Below, piece after piece: positions 29,433-40,261 of a DNA stretch of 64,000 nucleotides. The stretch is from the NCBI GenBank assembly GCA_046292385.1, contig JBKBRF010000001.1, positions 127,305-191,304 of the forward strand, written 5' to 3'. Within the stretch, counting starts at the first letter, position 1, and every line of letters starts with the position of its first letter. The DNA is from Armatimonadota bacterium. GTDB taxonomy: Bacteria; Armatimonadota; SYMT01. The notes beneath the pieces were generated by a model. It was given only the letters and a program-made list of their open reading frames with translations, searched no databases and was not told the origin of the DNA. Both the position numbers and the translations under genes were made by a program.

Positions 29433-30713
29433 ATGAACCAGTCAAAGGTGCTATACACTGCCTTCGGTATGGTGGCCGCCACCGGAGGGGGGAAGACGCG
29501 GGCGATCTCGGAGGCGCTGCAACTTCGGAAGTACGGGATAGAGCCCAGGATCGCGTGCTTCGTGCCATGCCACGTCTATGTCTCGCTCTACCGGGAGCTC
29601 TCTCGACGTAAGGCGCGCATGGCTCGGGATGCCAACTGCGCGGTCCACTACTTCCCCAGGATTCCCGGCACCCGGTATCCCTTCCTCTCCTGGCTAAACG
29701 ATTGGCTGTGTGCGCTGGCGGTTCTGGTGCTGTGCTGGCGCCACGGAATCGGGATCGTGCACGGCCATAGCTTCCGACCGACACTCTTCGGATTGCTTGC
29801 CCGGAAGCTGCACCGTCGTCTGCACGTGATAGGGGATATCCACGGTGCGGCCGCGGCCGAATACGCCTACGAAACCGGCGACGCGACTGACCCCGGCGTG
29901 CTCCGGAGACTCGAAGCGCTCGAGAAGTACGTCTTCCTCAATGCCGATTGGCTGATCCTGGTCTCGGCAGGGATGCGGGACCATTACCGGAAGAAGCTCG
30001 GCGCCGACTTTGACAACTATACCGTGATTCCCTCCGCAGTGGATCGGGGATTCAGCCGGGATCCCGAGCGTCGTGCCGCGCTGCGAAGCGAGTATGGCGT
30101 GAGCGGTAAGACGGTTTTCTGCTACCTCGGCTCGGCAGAGAGCTATCAGTTGGGGAAGGAGATGTGTGAGCTCTTCACCCGTTTTCACGCCCTCAATCCC
30201 GACACGTATCTGCTGGTGCTTTCTAATGATCCGGCAGCGTTTGTCCGTATTCTCCAGGCTCGCGGAGTAAGTGAGGACGTGTACCGGGCGATGTCCGTAC
30301 CTCACGATCAGGTTTTCGACCTCGTGCAAATGGCGGACGTCGGGTTCTTACTGCGATCCGATTCGCCTGTTAACCGGGTTTCGTCGCCTACCAAGTTCGC
30401 GGAGTACTGTCTTTGCGGCGTCCCGGTAATCATCACCGATTACGTCGGAGACTTCAGCGGCATCGTCCGTGGGGAGAACATTGGTTGGAACCTGGACCTC
30501 GAAGGTCCGCCTTCCAACGCTGAACTGCTGGAAATCCTACAGGGAGTTTCCGCTTCCCGCCAAGAGTATGCGGAGCGTTGTCAAAGGTATGTCCAGGAGC
30601 GGCTTACCTGGGAGAGCCACGGGCATCACCTCGCTTCGATTCACCACCGATTGGAAGGGCGGGACCTGCCGGCTCCTCGGGAGGCGGATCTGTCCGCCGG
30701 GAGTCGGTCCTGA
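29433..30713 (+). CDS. Glycosyltransferase, GT4-like
   Basis: DIHG, YLGS, SPTKFAEYCLCGVPVI..VGD. Confidence 0.85.
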   Translation: MNQSKVLYTAFGMVAATGGGKTRAISEALQLRKYGIEPRIACFVPCHVYVSLYRELSRRKARMARDANCAVHYFPRIPGTRYPFLSWLNDWLCALAVLVLCWRHGIGIVHGHSFRPTLFGLLARKLHRRLHVIGDIHGAAAAEYAYETGDATDPGVLRRLEALEKYVFLNADWLILVSAGMRDHYRKKLGADFDNYTVIPSAVDRGFSRDPERRAALRSEYGVSGKTVFCYLGSAESYQLGKEMCELFTRFHALNPDTYLLVLSNDPAAFVRILQARGVSEDVYRAMSVPHDQVFDLVQMADVGFLLRSDSPVNRVSSPTKFAEYCLCGVPVIITDYVGDFSGIVRGENIGWNLDLEGPPSNAELLEILQGVSASRQEYAERCQRYVQERLTWESHGHHLASIHHRLEGRDLPAPREADLSAGSRS

Positions 30714-30719
30714 GCAGTC

Positions 30720-31901
30720 ATGGCAACGCTGGTCGTCTATTCCCACAAGCTGTGCTGGCGAGACCCCGCCTCGCCGTCCGGGTATTCCACAGACGGCGCA
30801 TTTCCGATGCAGATGCGGGCGATCTCGGAGTTGTTCGACTCCACGGTCCTGGTCGTCCCGTGCGAGACGCGTGCATCGGTCGCCGGGCTCTCACCCATCA
30901 CCGGCCATCGGCTTTCCGTGGTGCCGCTAACGCGCCCAGCCGGCGCCGGCTTGTCGCGGAAGCTCCGCATACCAGCCTGGTTGCTAGGCAATCTCCGGCC
31001 GATAGCGCGGGAGCTCCGACGGGCCGACGCGGTGCACGCGCCCATCCCCGGCGACATCGGGACGATCGGCATGCTCCTGGCGCACGGGTGTCGCAAGCGG
31101 CTTTTCGTGCGTTACTGTGGCAACTGGCTCGGCCCACGCACGCGGGCGGAGCATTTCTGGCTCTGGTTCATGCAGCGGTACGCGGGCGGGCGCAACGTGA
31201 TGCTGGCGACCGGCGGGGCCGTGGAGCCGCCCTCGGCGGAAAACGCCGAGGTCCGGTGGATCTTCTCTACCAGCCTCACCGAAGCTCAACTGGCCGCGTG
31301 CCGTGTAGAGCGACGGGCGCCTCAGGACGGTCGTCTACGCCTGATCATCGCCGCACGCCAGGATCCGGGGAAGGGAACGGATCTGGTGATCAGGGCCCTT
31401 CCGGAGATTGCCCGGTCGTTCCCGAAAGTTACGTTCGACGTGGTGGGAGACGGCTCAGGTCTCTCCGATCTCGGGGAGCTGGCGAAGCAGCTCGGCGTGG
31501 CAGAGCGGGTGCGGTTTCACGGCCGGCTCGATCAGCTATCCGTGCTGGCGAGACTGAAGGAAGCGGATCTCTTCTGTTTCCCTACCCGCTCCGAAGGCTT
31601 CCCGAAGGCGGTGCTGGAGGCGCTGGCATGCGGGCTCCCGGTGGTCACGACTCCGGTCTCCGTGCTTCCGCTGCTGATCGGCACCGGCTGCGGCAAGCTC
31701 GTGGAGCCGACTCCGGCGGGGGTGGCGGAAGGTATCCTGGGGTGCGCCTCGGTTCCAGCTACGTACGAGAGTCTTTCCGCTCAAGCGATGCGCACTGCCG
31801 CCGACTATTCGTTGGAGCGGTGGCGCGACACCATCGGAGCATTGCTTCAAGCGAGTTGGAAGTGCGAGCTAAGAGCCGTCGAGCCGGAGCGCGGCGGGTA
31901 A
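30720..31901 (+). CDS. Glycosyltransferase family 4
   Basis: KG, VGDG, SEGFPKAVLEALACGLPVV (EX7E). Confidence 0.88.
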   Translation: MATLVVYSHKLCWRDPASPSGYSTDGAFPMQMRAISELFDSTVLVVPCETRASVAGLSPITGHRLSVVPLTRPAGAGLSRKLRIPAWLLGNLRPIARELRRADAVHAPIPGDIGTIGMLLAHGCRKRLFVRYCGNWLGPRTRAEHFWLWFMQRYAGGRNVMLATGGAVEPPSAENAEVRWIFSTSLTEAQLAACRVERRAPQDGRLRLIIAARQDPGKGTDLVIRALPEIARSFPKVTFDVVGDGSGLSDLGELAKQLGVAERVRFHGRLDQLSVLARLKEADLFCFPTRSEGFPKAVLEALACGLPVVTTPVSVLPLLIGTGCGKLVEPTPAGVAEGILGCASVPATYESLSAQAMRTAADYSLERWRDTIGALLQASWKCELRAVEPERGG

Positions 31902-32094
31902 TCAGCGGACCGGACGTCCGGACACGGTGCGAAGCAAGGCTGGTTTTCGTGCCGGGTAGGAAGGCATTCCACGGACACTCCAGGCGGTCGCTGCGCAGTA
32001 TTCCGGGCTGGAGAGACCTCGGACTAACGCGATGGTCGCCCGAATACGACGCTGACGCGTCGAATGATATTGAGCCCTGGCAGGGGAGGAGTTC

Positions 32095-33075
32095 GTGATG
32101 AGAGTGTTGATTACCGGAGCTGCCGGTTTCATTGGTTCACATCTAGTAAGCCGAGCGCTGGGAGACGGCTTCACAGTACGCGCGATAGACAACCTGGCTA
32201 CCGGGCATCTCTGGAGGATAGAACGGTTTCTTCCGGACCTGGAATGGGTTAACGGTGATATTCGAGACGCGGATTTGATGTCCAGGGTCGTGGCCGGGGT
32301 AGACGTGGTCCTGCACCATGCCGCACTTCCCTCGGTAAGTCGCTCGATCGCCGATCCGGTAGCGAGCACCAGTACGAACGTGGGTGGAACCATCACCTTG
32401 TTGAAAGCGTGCCGGGATGCCGGGGTGAAGCGTGTTGTTTACGCCGGCTCCTCCTCCGCCTATGGAGACACGCCGACCCTGCCAAAGGTCGAGACGATGC
32501 CCCCCCGGCCGATGAGCCCTTACGCGGTAGATAAGCTTGCCGGTGAGTACTACTGCCGCGTGTTTCACAATCTCGGGTTTCTGGAGACGATCTGCTTCCG
32601 CTATTTCAACGTCTTCGGTCCCGCTCAGGATCCGAACGCGCAGTATGCGGCGGTGATTCCGAAGTTCATCACCTCCATCGGGCGGGGAGAGCCAGTTCCG
32701 ATCAACGGCGACGGATCTCAGTCGCGGGACTTTACCTACGTGTCGAACGTGGTGGACGCCAACATCCGTGCCATCCGGGCTCCCGCCGGCACCGGCGGGG
32801 TGTTCAACGTCGCTTGCGGGAGCCGCTATGACCTGCGAGCTCTCGTCCGGGAGCTGGCGGACATCATGCAGGTCGACCCGGTGGTGGAGTATCAGCCCAG
32901 GCGCGCGGGCGACGTGTCGCACTCTCTGGCCGACATCTCCGAGGCCGAACGTGCCCTCGGCTACCAGCCGGTGGTAAGCTTCCGTGACGGTCTCCGGCAG
33001 ACCGTCGAGTGGTTCCAGGGGGATGGCGCGAAGCAGTTCGGTTTGCCGGCCGCCGCGTGTGTCACGAGCAGGTAG
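32095..33075 (+). CDS. UDP-GlcNAc(A) 4-epimerase, WbpP-like SDR
   Basis: GAAGFIGS, AALPSVSRSIADP, SSSAYGD, SPYAVDK, RYFNVFGPAQDP, YAAVIPKF. Confidence 0.85.
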   Translation: MMRVLITGAAGFIGSHLVSRALGDGFTVRAIDNLATGHLWRIERFLPDLEWVNGDIRDADLMSRVVAGVDVVLHHAALPSVSRSIADPVASTSTNVGGTITLLKACRDAGVKRVVYAGSSSAYGDTPTLPKVETMPPRPMSPYAVDKLAGEYYCRVFHNLGFLETICFRYFNVFGPAQDPNAQYAAVIPKFITSIGRGEPVPINGDGSQSRDFTYVSNVVDANIRAIRAPAGTGGVFNVACGSRYDLRALVRELADIMQVDPVVEYQPRRAGDVSHSLADISEAERALGYQPVVSFRDGLRQTVEWFQGDGAKQFGLPAAACVTSR

Positions 33076-33112
33076 CGCCGCGGGTTTGATGCGAGAGGCA
33101 GGAGCTCCGGCG

Positions 33113-34198
33113 GTGAGCACGATTCTGCGAGACCTTCGCGTCTGCTTTGTGGTGGGCACCCTGGGCCACGGCGGTGCCGAGCGCCAGCTCTACTACATGC
33201 TTCGCGCGTTGAAAGCCAGTCAGGCGCAGCCGCACGTGCTCTGCTTGACCACCGGGGAGTATTGGGAAGGTCCGATCCGGGAGCTGGGAATCCCGGTGAG
33301 CTATGTGGGGGACCAGCCGTCGCGCCTGGCTCGAGCGCTCGCCATCAGTGCCGCGGTTCGCGCGCTCCGTCCGCATCTGGTTCAGAGCGCCCACTTCTAC
33401 ACAAACCTCTACGCCGTCGTTGCGGCTCGGGCCGCGCGGCTGCCGGAGATTGGCGCCATTCGGAGTAACGTGATCAGTGAGCTGGCGGCGCACCCGCGTC
33501 CCCTCGGGTCCTGGAGTCTTCGGTGGCCCCGTCTCCTCGCCGCCAATTCGATGCGCGGCGTGGAAAATGCCGTGCGGTTCGGACTTCCGTCAGCGCGCCT
33601 GGCATACCTCCCGAACGTGGTCGACACGGATCGGTTTCAGCCGGGCGCAGAGCGTCAGGCCCCCGTTTGCATCCTGGGAGTCGGACGCCTGGCCGAGCCG
33701 AAGCGATTTGACCGCTTTCTCGACGTGCTGGCGCGTGTGAGGACGCAGATACCGGCCGTTACCGCGCTGATTGCTGGGGATGGTCCCGAGCGAGAGCGGC
33801 TGCTGCGGCAGGCGGCCGATCGAGACCTCGATCGCTCTCTTCAGTGGCTGGGGATGGTCGAGGATACTCCGGCCGTGTTTCGCCGTTCGGACCTCCTGCT
33901 GCTGACTTCCGACTATGAGGGTACCCCGAACGTGCTCCTCGAGGCGCAGGCCGCCGGACTTCCGGTAGTGGCGACGCGGGTTGGCGGAGTGCCGGAGGTG
34001 ATCGCAGACGGTGAGACCGGGTTTATGGCGGAGCGCGACGACCTGGATGGTCTGGTAGCACGAACGCTCACTCTGGTGCGCGATCGCGAGACCCGCACCC
34101 GCATGGGGCGCGCGGCCCGGCAGCACGTGTTGAGGCACTTCTCCGTCAGCTCCCTTCCGGGCAGTCTGGCACAGCTCTACTCCCGAAGGCTCGCGTGA
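33113..34198 (+). CDS. Glycosyltransferase family 4
   Basis: GGAERQL, GRL..PK, EGTPNVLLEAQAAGLPVV; GTG 33113 behind AGGAG. Confidence 0.88.
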   Translation: MSTILRDLRVCFVVGTLGHGGAERQLYYMLRALKASQAQPHVLCLTTGEYWEGPIRELGIPVSYVGDQPSRLARALAISAAVRALRPHLVQSAHFYTNLYAVVAARAARLPEIGAIRSNVISELAAHPRPLGSWSLRWPRLLAANSMRGVENAVRFGLPSARLAYLPNVVDTDRFQPGAERQAPVCILGVGRLAEPKRFDRFLDVLARVRTQIPAVTALIAGDGPERERLLRQAADRDLDRSLQWLGMVEDTPAVFRRSDLLLLTSDYEGTPNVLLEAQAAGLPVVATRVGGVPEVIADGETGFMAERDDLDGLVARTLTLVRDRETRTRMGRAARQHVLRHFSVSSLPGSLAQLYSRRLA

Positions 34199-34594
34199 GG
34201 AAGAGGGCCAGTCGGGGACGCTCAAACGGATCAGTCTCCCGCGTGGAGGCCGCTCAGGCCAGCGCCGACAATGTCTCCGACGAGTGGCGACGTCCCGCGT
34301 CCCGGCCGAGTAGCGCCCCGGCCCTGCGAGGCCATCCGACTCTGCGCGCCGGGCAAATTGGACCAGCCGGCGCGATTTGACTTCCCGACGGCCCGGCGGT
34401 GCGGAAAGTGCCAACGCTCCTTCCGGCCGGACCGAGGCAGCGGATGCGCTAGCAACAAAGCGCACGTGTTCGAGAACTGCACTGGGCGTCACCCGAAAGC
34501 GGGTTGGATTCGCCATCGACTAATTGGTAGCCTCGTGGAACTTCATTTGCCAAGAGCTCGGAAGCCGCTGCGGATCGGTGCGCGGATCAATTCG

Positions 34595-35968
34595 ATGTCG
34601 GCGAGCTTCGATCACGAAGCTTCTCGTGCATTGTTCCTGGTAGCTCACGCCGTTTTCGGTGTCCTGCTGATGGAGATGAAGTTCTTAGGCCTGGTTCACG
34701 CGGCTATCGTCGTGCTGCTGGGACTGAGATTTGCGTCTCGCCCCGCTTCCACGCCTGCCACGGTCGGCTTGCTCTCCTACCTGGTCGCCTCTGAAGTGCT
34801 CTGGAGAGTAAGCGGTATGGTCCCCTCGTGGGAGTTCGCGAAATACGCGTTCGCGGCAGTCTGTGGCGTTGCACTTCTGCGTCGTCGCTCGCAGACTCTG
34901 ATCGGTGGCTTAGCGCTCCTCTACTTTATACTGCTAATACCTGCTACATCTCTGACGCTGTCCCAACTACCACTGGGGGTGGCACGTAGAGAGATCGCCT
35001 TCAACCTCTCCGGTCCACTCGCTTTGTCGATGGGCATCATGTACTTTTCGGGGATACGGATCAGTCAGATAGGGCTGCAGCGTGCCTTATTCACATTCGC
35101 TGGCCCCGTGGTCGCTCTCCTGGCCGCGGCCGCTTACCACATGGCCAGTTTTGAGGCCATTACGTTCAATTCAGAAGCAATGGATCAAGCGAGTGCCGGG
35201 TTTGGACCAAATCAGGTATCGGTTCTACTGGGGCTGGGGATGCTGTCGCTCGTCGTGTATTTGCTCACCAGTCGCGAGACGATGCGCATGCGGATCGTCA
35301 TCGGCACGATGGCGGTGGGCATGCTGATCCAGGGGTTGCTCACGTTCGCACGTGCTGGAACTGGGGCGGCGATAATCTCGCTCTTGGCGGTAGGGTTGTT
35401 CCTGGCGCGGAGCCGGCGGCATCGCATCTCTCTGGGTCTCCTCTTCGCAGGGAGTCTGCTATTCGTGCAAATCCTCATCCCGGTAATGAACGAGTATACG
35501 GGAGGGATGCTCCAGCAGCGCTATCAGGAAGTCTCTCATTCACGACGGGAAATCATGATTTTAGCCGACCTGAGGGTGTGGGAGGAACACCCATTGTTTG
35601 GTTCTGGAGTTGGGCTAGCTAAAGCAGCGCGAAGTGAGGTCTATGGGACTTATGTTACCTCGCACACGGAGTACTCCCGATTAGTCGCAGAGCATGGTAG
35701 CCTCGGGTTTGTCTCACTCGGGATACTCGCTTTCCTCGCCGTATACCTGGTTTTCAGGGCGCCATCCGGTCTCTTTAGAGCCGTAACCGTTGGACTCGTC
35801 TTGTCCGCAGTGATCTACATGGGTACGAACGGTATGCGACTTGCCGTGCCGGCGTTTCTGTTGGGGATTGTCTCCTGCCAGTGGTACACCGGATCACCTT
35901 CCGGGGTACCGCGCCTGCTGCGGGGGCCTACGCTCGCTGGTGAAGGGGACGGTCTGAAACCGGGATAA
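34595..35968 (+). CDS. O-antigen ligase / Wzy polymerase family membrane protein
   Basis: About 11-12 TM; GPNQ, TFARAG, HPLFGSGVG, SHTEYSRLVAEHG (Wzy_C-like). Start re-called from 34271. Confidence 0.8.
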   Translation: MSASFDHEASRALFLVAHAVFGVLLMEMKFLGLVHAAIVVLLGLRFASRPASTPATVGLLSYLVASEVLWRVSGMVPSWEFAKYAFAAVCGVALLRRRSQTLIGGLALLYFILLIPATSLTLSQLPLGVARREIAFNLSGPLALSMGIMYFSGIRISQIGLQRALFTFAGPVVALLAAAAYHMASFEAITFNSEAMDQASAGFGPNQVSVLLGLGMLSLVVYLLTSRETMRMRIVIGTMAVGMLIQGLLTFARAGTGAAIISLLAVGLFLARSRRHRISLGLLFAGSLLFVQILIPVMNEYTGGMLQQRYQEVSHSRREIMILADLRVWEEHPLFGSGVGLAKAARSEVYGTYVTSHTEYSRLVAEHGSLGFVSLGILAFLAVYLVFRAPSGLFRAVTVGLVLSAVIYMGTNGMRLAVPAFLLGIVSCQWYTGSPSGVPRLLRGPTLAGEGDGLKPG

Positions 35969-36410
35969 GGTGCGGGTAAGAAGTTCTGCCGGGTTCGCAC
36001 CTTGGATTAAAGTCAACACGGTTCAGATAGGCACTCCTCACCGCTGGCCGCCTGGCTGGGTCCCAGGCAGCATCCAGGCACGGAACCGCTCGCCCGGACG
36101 GCCGCCGGCGAGCTAGGACCGATCCTCATTTGAACCGTATTGGGACTAAACTCGAGACTGCAGAAGTCAAAGCCCGGACCCGATCCGGGGACTATACCCG
36201 CGCGGGCTCGGACCAGCCGGTCCGAAAAGCTGGAGCGACTTCCTGCCTACCCCTTGACCAACGGGATGCGTCTTGTAGTGCGGCTTGCTGCTAGGGCTGG
36301 TGTCCAGCGGAATGGCGCTCAGTTGGTTGCCCGCCCCTCGGGGAGCCACGCCCAGTGCCGACAGCAATGCTCCCTCCAAGCGGCTTACCGAAGCGCTATG
36401 ACCCGGCTCG

Positions 36411-37490
36411 GTGAATATGCCTGGGTCAGCCTCGGTTGGGACGAAAGGGTGGAAGGGTGTGAGACCGCGCGTTTGCTTGGTTGGGCCGATGGTAGGGCGA
36501 AATGCCGGCTACGTCACGACGCAGGGCGAGATCTTGACGGATCATCTAGGTGAGGCTGGCTATGCGACCCTCTGCGTCTCCGCGCATCCCAATCGGTATC
36601 TGCGCCTGCTCGACATGGCCCAGACTGTGGTACGTCAACGGCACGGCTACGACCTGATCATCCTTCAAGTCTATAGCGGCGCCAGCTTCGTTTTCGCCGA
36701 CCTCGTCTCGGCGCTGGCAGTGCGGCTAAAGAAGCCGGTTGTGTTCCACCTCCATGGCGGAGCACTCCCTCAGTTCATCCGAAGCCGTCCAGCCTGGGGG
36801 CGCCGGGTACTCGCGCGAGGTAGCGCGATGGTCGCGCCCTCCCGCTACCTGGTCAACGCAGTGGCAGAACACGGCTTCAAGGCTGAGATGATTCGCAACA
36901 TCGTCGATGTTGCACACTACCCGTTCCGTCACCGACTCAATCTGCGCCCACGTTTGTTTTGGATGAGAGCCTTCGAACCGGTCTATAACCCGGAGATGGC
37001 AGTTCGAACTCTGGCGGAGCTCCGCAGGCGGGTTCCGGATGCTAGGCTAGTGATGGCCGGCCAGGCGAAGGGTCTGGAACAACGGACGGCGCAGCTGGCG
37101 GAGGACCTAGGCGTGGCTCCGGCGATCCACTTCCCCGGTTTCGTCAACCTGCCAGGCAAGTTGAAGTACGCGGAGGAAAGCGATCTCTTCCTGAACACCA
37201 ACCGGATCGATAACACGCCGGTCGGGGTGGTGGAAGCCTGCGCGTTCGGGCTGCCCGTGGTGGCCACCAGGGTAGGCGGGCTTCCGCACCTCCTCACGGA
37301 AGGCGAGACAGGGCTGCTGGTTCCCTCCGAGGACTACCAAGCGGCGGCGGAGGCGGCTACTCGTCTCCTTAGTGATCACGAACTCGCGGGACGACTTTCC
37401 TCGCAGGGACGCCGGCTGGCAGAAGAGTTTTCGTGGAATAACGTGCTTCCACGCTGGGAGCAGATCTTTCAAAGGGTCCTTGCCGGTTGA
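36411..37490 (+). CDS. Glycosyltransferase family 4
   Basis: HLHGG, DNTPVGVVEACAFGLPVVATRVGG, FSW. Confidence 0.88.
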   Translation: MNMPGSASVGTKGWKGVRPRVCLVGPMVGRNAGYVTTQGEILTDHLGEAGYATLCVSAHPNRYLRLLDMAQTVVRQRHGYDLIILQVYSGASFVFADLVSALAVRLKKPVVFHLHGGALPQFIRSRPAWGRRVLARGSAMVAPSRYLVNAVAEHGFKAEMIRNIVDVAHYPFRHRLNLRPRLFWMRAFEPVYNPEMAVRTLAELRRRVPDARLVMAGQAKGLEQRTAQLAEDLGVAPAIHFPGFVNLPGKLKYAEESDLFLNTNRIDNTPVGVVEACAFGLPVVATRVGGLPHLLTEGETGLLVPSEDYQAAAEAATRLLSDHELAGRLSSQGRRLAEEFSWNNVLPRWEQIFQRVLAG

Positions 37491-37557
37491 GCGGCGATCG
37501 ATGGCTAGATAACGGGGCTGCGGTCCGTGGTCCAGAGTGGCACGTAGGCAGGACAGG

Positions 37558-38970
37558 ATGACGATGAACGAGCTTAGCAAGCCCAAGCTCCATTGGCAGC
37601 AGCGTAGCTGGACCTGGTTACTCCAGAAGGTATTGCTCCCTGCTGGCGACATAGCCTTCGGACAGAAGATGCAGCGCCGGTTGGACTTCTTGGAGGTGGC
37701 GCAATGGTGGGATCGGGAGCGAATCATCGCTTACCGGAACGAGCAACTGCAGAAGCTGATCCGGATCTCCTATCAAGAGGTCCCCTTTTACCGTGAACTG
37801 TTGGATCAGCACGGCGTGAAGCCGCAGGAGATTCGTTGCGCTGCCGATCTCCAGCGCATTCCCATCATCCAAAAGGCGATGCTGCGGGAAGGCTATCCCG
37901 ACCGGACGACTCGCGCTACGGGGTTGAAGACCTTCGAGTGGGCGACGTCGGGTTCCACGGGGCTAAATCTGCGCGTGCGCCTGGACTGCGAGACCACCGG
38001 CTGGTTTCGCGCGTCGTTCATGCTGGCGCTCCGCTGGGCCGGTTGGGCCGAGGGGGAGCCGCACCTCCAGACCGGCATGACACTGAAGCGAAACCTAGAG
38101 CGGAAGCTCAAGGATGCGCTGATGGGCTGCCGGTACGTATCAGCCTTCGATTTGACGGATGAGCACCTGGATCACGCGCTCGACCTGATGGAGCGCCACC
38201 GCATCTATCATCTCTGGGGCTATCCGGGGAGCCTCTACTGCATCGCCCGGCGCGCCCGGGAGCGCGGCTGGAATGTGCCGCTGCGGTCCGTGGTGACCTG
38301 GGGTGACACGCTGTACCCCCAGTATCGTCAGGTCCTTCAGGAGACATTCGGAACCTTCGTCACGGATACCTATGGCTGCTCGGAAGGCATGCATATTGCC
38401 GCGCAGTGCGGGACGGGCACACACTACCATCTGCACGCTCTCGACGTCATCGTCGAGTACCTAGATGAGGCGGGCGATCCGGTGCCTCCCCGTACTCCCG
38501 GCAGCCTGGTGATCACGCGGCTGCACCCGGGCCCCATGCCGCTCATTCGTTATCGCATAGGCGATGTAGGGATGAGCGGCGGTGACCGGATCTGCGGCTG
38601 CGGTCGCGGCTACGAAGTGATGGAGAGGATCGAGGGTCGCGACACCGACATCATCGTGACCCCTTCCGGGAACCGGCTCATCGTTCACTTCTTCACAGGG
38701 CTGATCGAGCATTTTCACGACGTCGACACGTTCCAGGTGGTCCAGGAAACGACTGACACCATGGTGGTGCGGCTGGTGCCCCGCCAACAGTTCGATCCCT
38801 CCACCCCAGAGCGCATCGTGCAGACGCTCAAGCAGCACGGCGCCGCCGACATGCAGATCGAGACAGAACTGGTGGATGAGATCCCGGTATCTCCGTCCGG
38901 AAAGCGTCGCTTCGTGTTCAGCAAAGTGGCGAGGACCGCTTCGGAGGCGCCGGTGAGTGCCGAGCGCTAG
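37558..38970 (+). CDS. Phenylacetate-CoA-ligase-like adenylating enzyme (CapK type)
   Basis: VPFYR, TSGSTG, YGCSE, MPLIRYRIGD, IEGRDTD, SGKRRF. Confidence 0.85.
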   Translation: MTMNELSKPKLHWQQRSWTWLLQKVLLPAGDIAFGQKMQRRLDFLEVAQWWDRERIIAYRNEQLQKLIRISYQEVPFYRELLDQHGVKPQEIRCAADLQRIPIIQKAMLREGYPDRTTRATGLKTFEWATSGSTGLNLRVRLDCETTGWFRASFMLALRWAGWAEGEPHLQTGMTLKRNLERKLKDALMGCRYVSAFDLTDEHLDHALDLMERHRIYHLWGYPGSLYCIARRARERGWNVPLRSVVTWGDTLYPQYRQVLQETFGTFVTDTYGCSEGMHIAAQCGTGTHYHLHALDVIVEYLDEAGDPVPPRTPGSLVITRLHPGPMPLIRYRIGDVGMSGGDRICGCGRGYEVMERIEGRDTDIIVTPSGNRLIVHFFTGLIEHFHDVDTFQVVQETTDTMVVRLVPRQQFDPSTPERIVQTLKQHGAADMQIETELVDEIPVSPSGKRRFVFSKVARTASEAPVSAER

Positions 38971-39022
38971 TCGCGATATCTGTTTCAGGGAGCACCTATC
39001 AACGGCGTAACGCCTTCGGCCT

Positions 39023-40261
39023 ATGCGTATTCTTCTCCTGTGTCACTATTTCGCGCCGGAGCCGGGCGCACCGTCCGCGCGGCTGTCGGAACTGGGCCGG
39101 GCCTGGGTACACGCCGGTCACGACGTGGAAGTGGTTACCTGTTTCCCGAACCATCCAACGGGGGTGGTCTCGCCCGAGTTCCGCGGCCAGCTCTGCAGCT
39201 CCGAGGAACGGGATGGCATGCGCGTCTTCCGGAACTGGGTCTATGCCACGCCCAACGAAGGAGTGGTGAAGAAGACTCTCGGCCACCTGTCGTTCATGAT
39301 CTCCGGTCCTCTGTTCAGTCTATTCCGTGTAAAGCGTCCAGACGTGGTGGTAGTGAGCTCTCCCACGTTTTTCTCTCTCTTCTCGGGCTACCTCTTCTCG
39401 CGCCTGCGGGGAGCGCCACTGGTGGTGGAGATCCGGGACCTGTGGCCGGCGGCGATCGTGGAGCTCGGGGTCCTCAAGAGCAAGGCGATCATCGGTTTCC
39501 TGGAAGCCCTGGAGATGTGGGCCTATCGCAAGGCCGCGCACGTGGTGGTCGTTACTCGCTCCTTCAAGGACAACCTGGTAGCGCGCGGCGTGCCGGAGGC
39601 GAAGATCTCGGTGGTGACCAACGGGGTCGACCTCGAGCGATTCTCGCCCGGGCCCGCGTCCGCCGCGGTAGAGGAGGACCTCCATTGCGCTGGCAAGTCG
39701 TTAGTCCTCTACATCGGCGCGTTTGGAATCTCCCAGGGACTCGCCACCATCCTGGAGGTCGCAAATCTGCTTCGTGACCGGGACGACATCGTCTTCGGGT
39801 TGGTGGGAGAGGGGGCGGACCGCGAGAAGCTGCTCCAGCGTGCGGCCGAGCTGGGGCTTAAAAACGTACGGTTCCTCGGGGCGCAGCCGAAAGACCGGAT
39901 GGTAGAGTTCTACCGAACCGCCGCCGTGTGCCTGGTGCCGCTGCGCAACGTTCCCCTGTTCAAGACCTTCATCCCCTCCAAGATGTTCGAGATTCTGGCC
40001 AGCGGCAGTACCATCGTAGCCAGTCTCGAGGGCGAGGCGGAAGAGATCCTGGAGCGATCCGGCGGAGCTCGAGTGGTCGCCCCGGAAGATGCTGGGGCAA
40101 TCGCGCGGGCGCTGTTGGAGTTAGTTGACAATCCAGAGCTTCGGCGGACACTGGGGAGATCGGGACGAGATTTTGTAGCCGCGAACTACTCCCGTACGCG
40201 TTTGGCAGAGACATACGCCACCACCCTGGCGACCATTCGAAAGGCAGGGGACGGCCGATGA
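39023..40261 (+). CDS. Glycosyltransferase GT4, WbuB-like
   Basis: YFAPEPGA, FPNHPTG, EIRDLWP, IPSKMFEILASG. Confidence 0.88.
   Translation: MRILLLCHYFAPEPGAPSARLSELGRAWVHAGHDVEVVTCFPNHPTGVVSPEFRGQLCSSEERDGMRVFRNWVYATPNEGVVKKTLGHLSFMISGPLFSLFRVKRPDVVVVSSPTFFSLFSGYLFSRLRGAPLVVEIRDLWPAAIVELGVLKSKAIIGFLEALEMWAYRKAAHVVVVTRSFKDNLVARGVPEAKISVVTNGVDLERFSPGPASAAVEEDLHCAGKSLVLYIGAFGISQGLATILEVANLLRDRDDIVFGLVGEGADREKLLQRAAELGLKNVRFLGAQPKDRMVEFYRTAAVCLVPLRNVPLFKTFIPSKMFEILASGSTIVASLEGEAEEILERSGGARVVAPEDAGAIARALLELVDNPELRRTLGRSGRDFVAANYSRTRLAETYATTLATIRKAGDGR

Noticed and set aside
34271..34594. Cys-rich N-terminal extension of the Wzy/ligase ORF
   Set aside because: Atypical composition and no RBS; probably non-coding open-frame extension.
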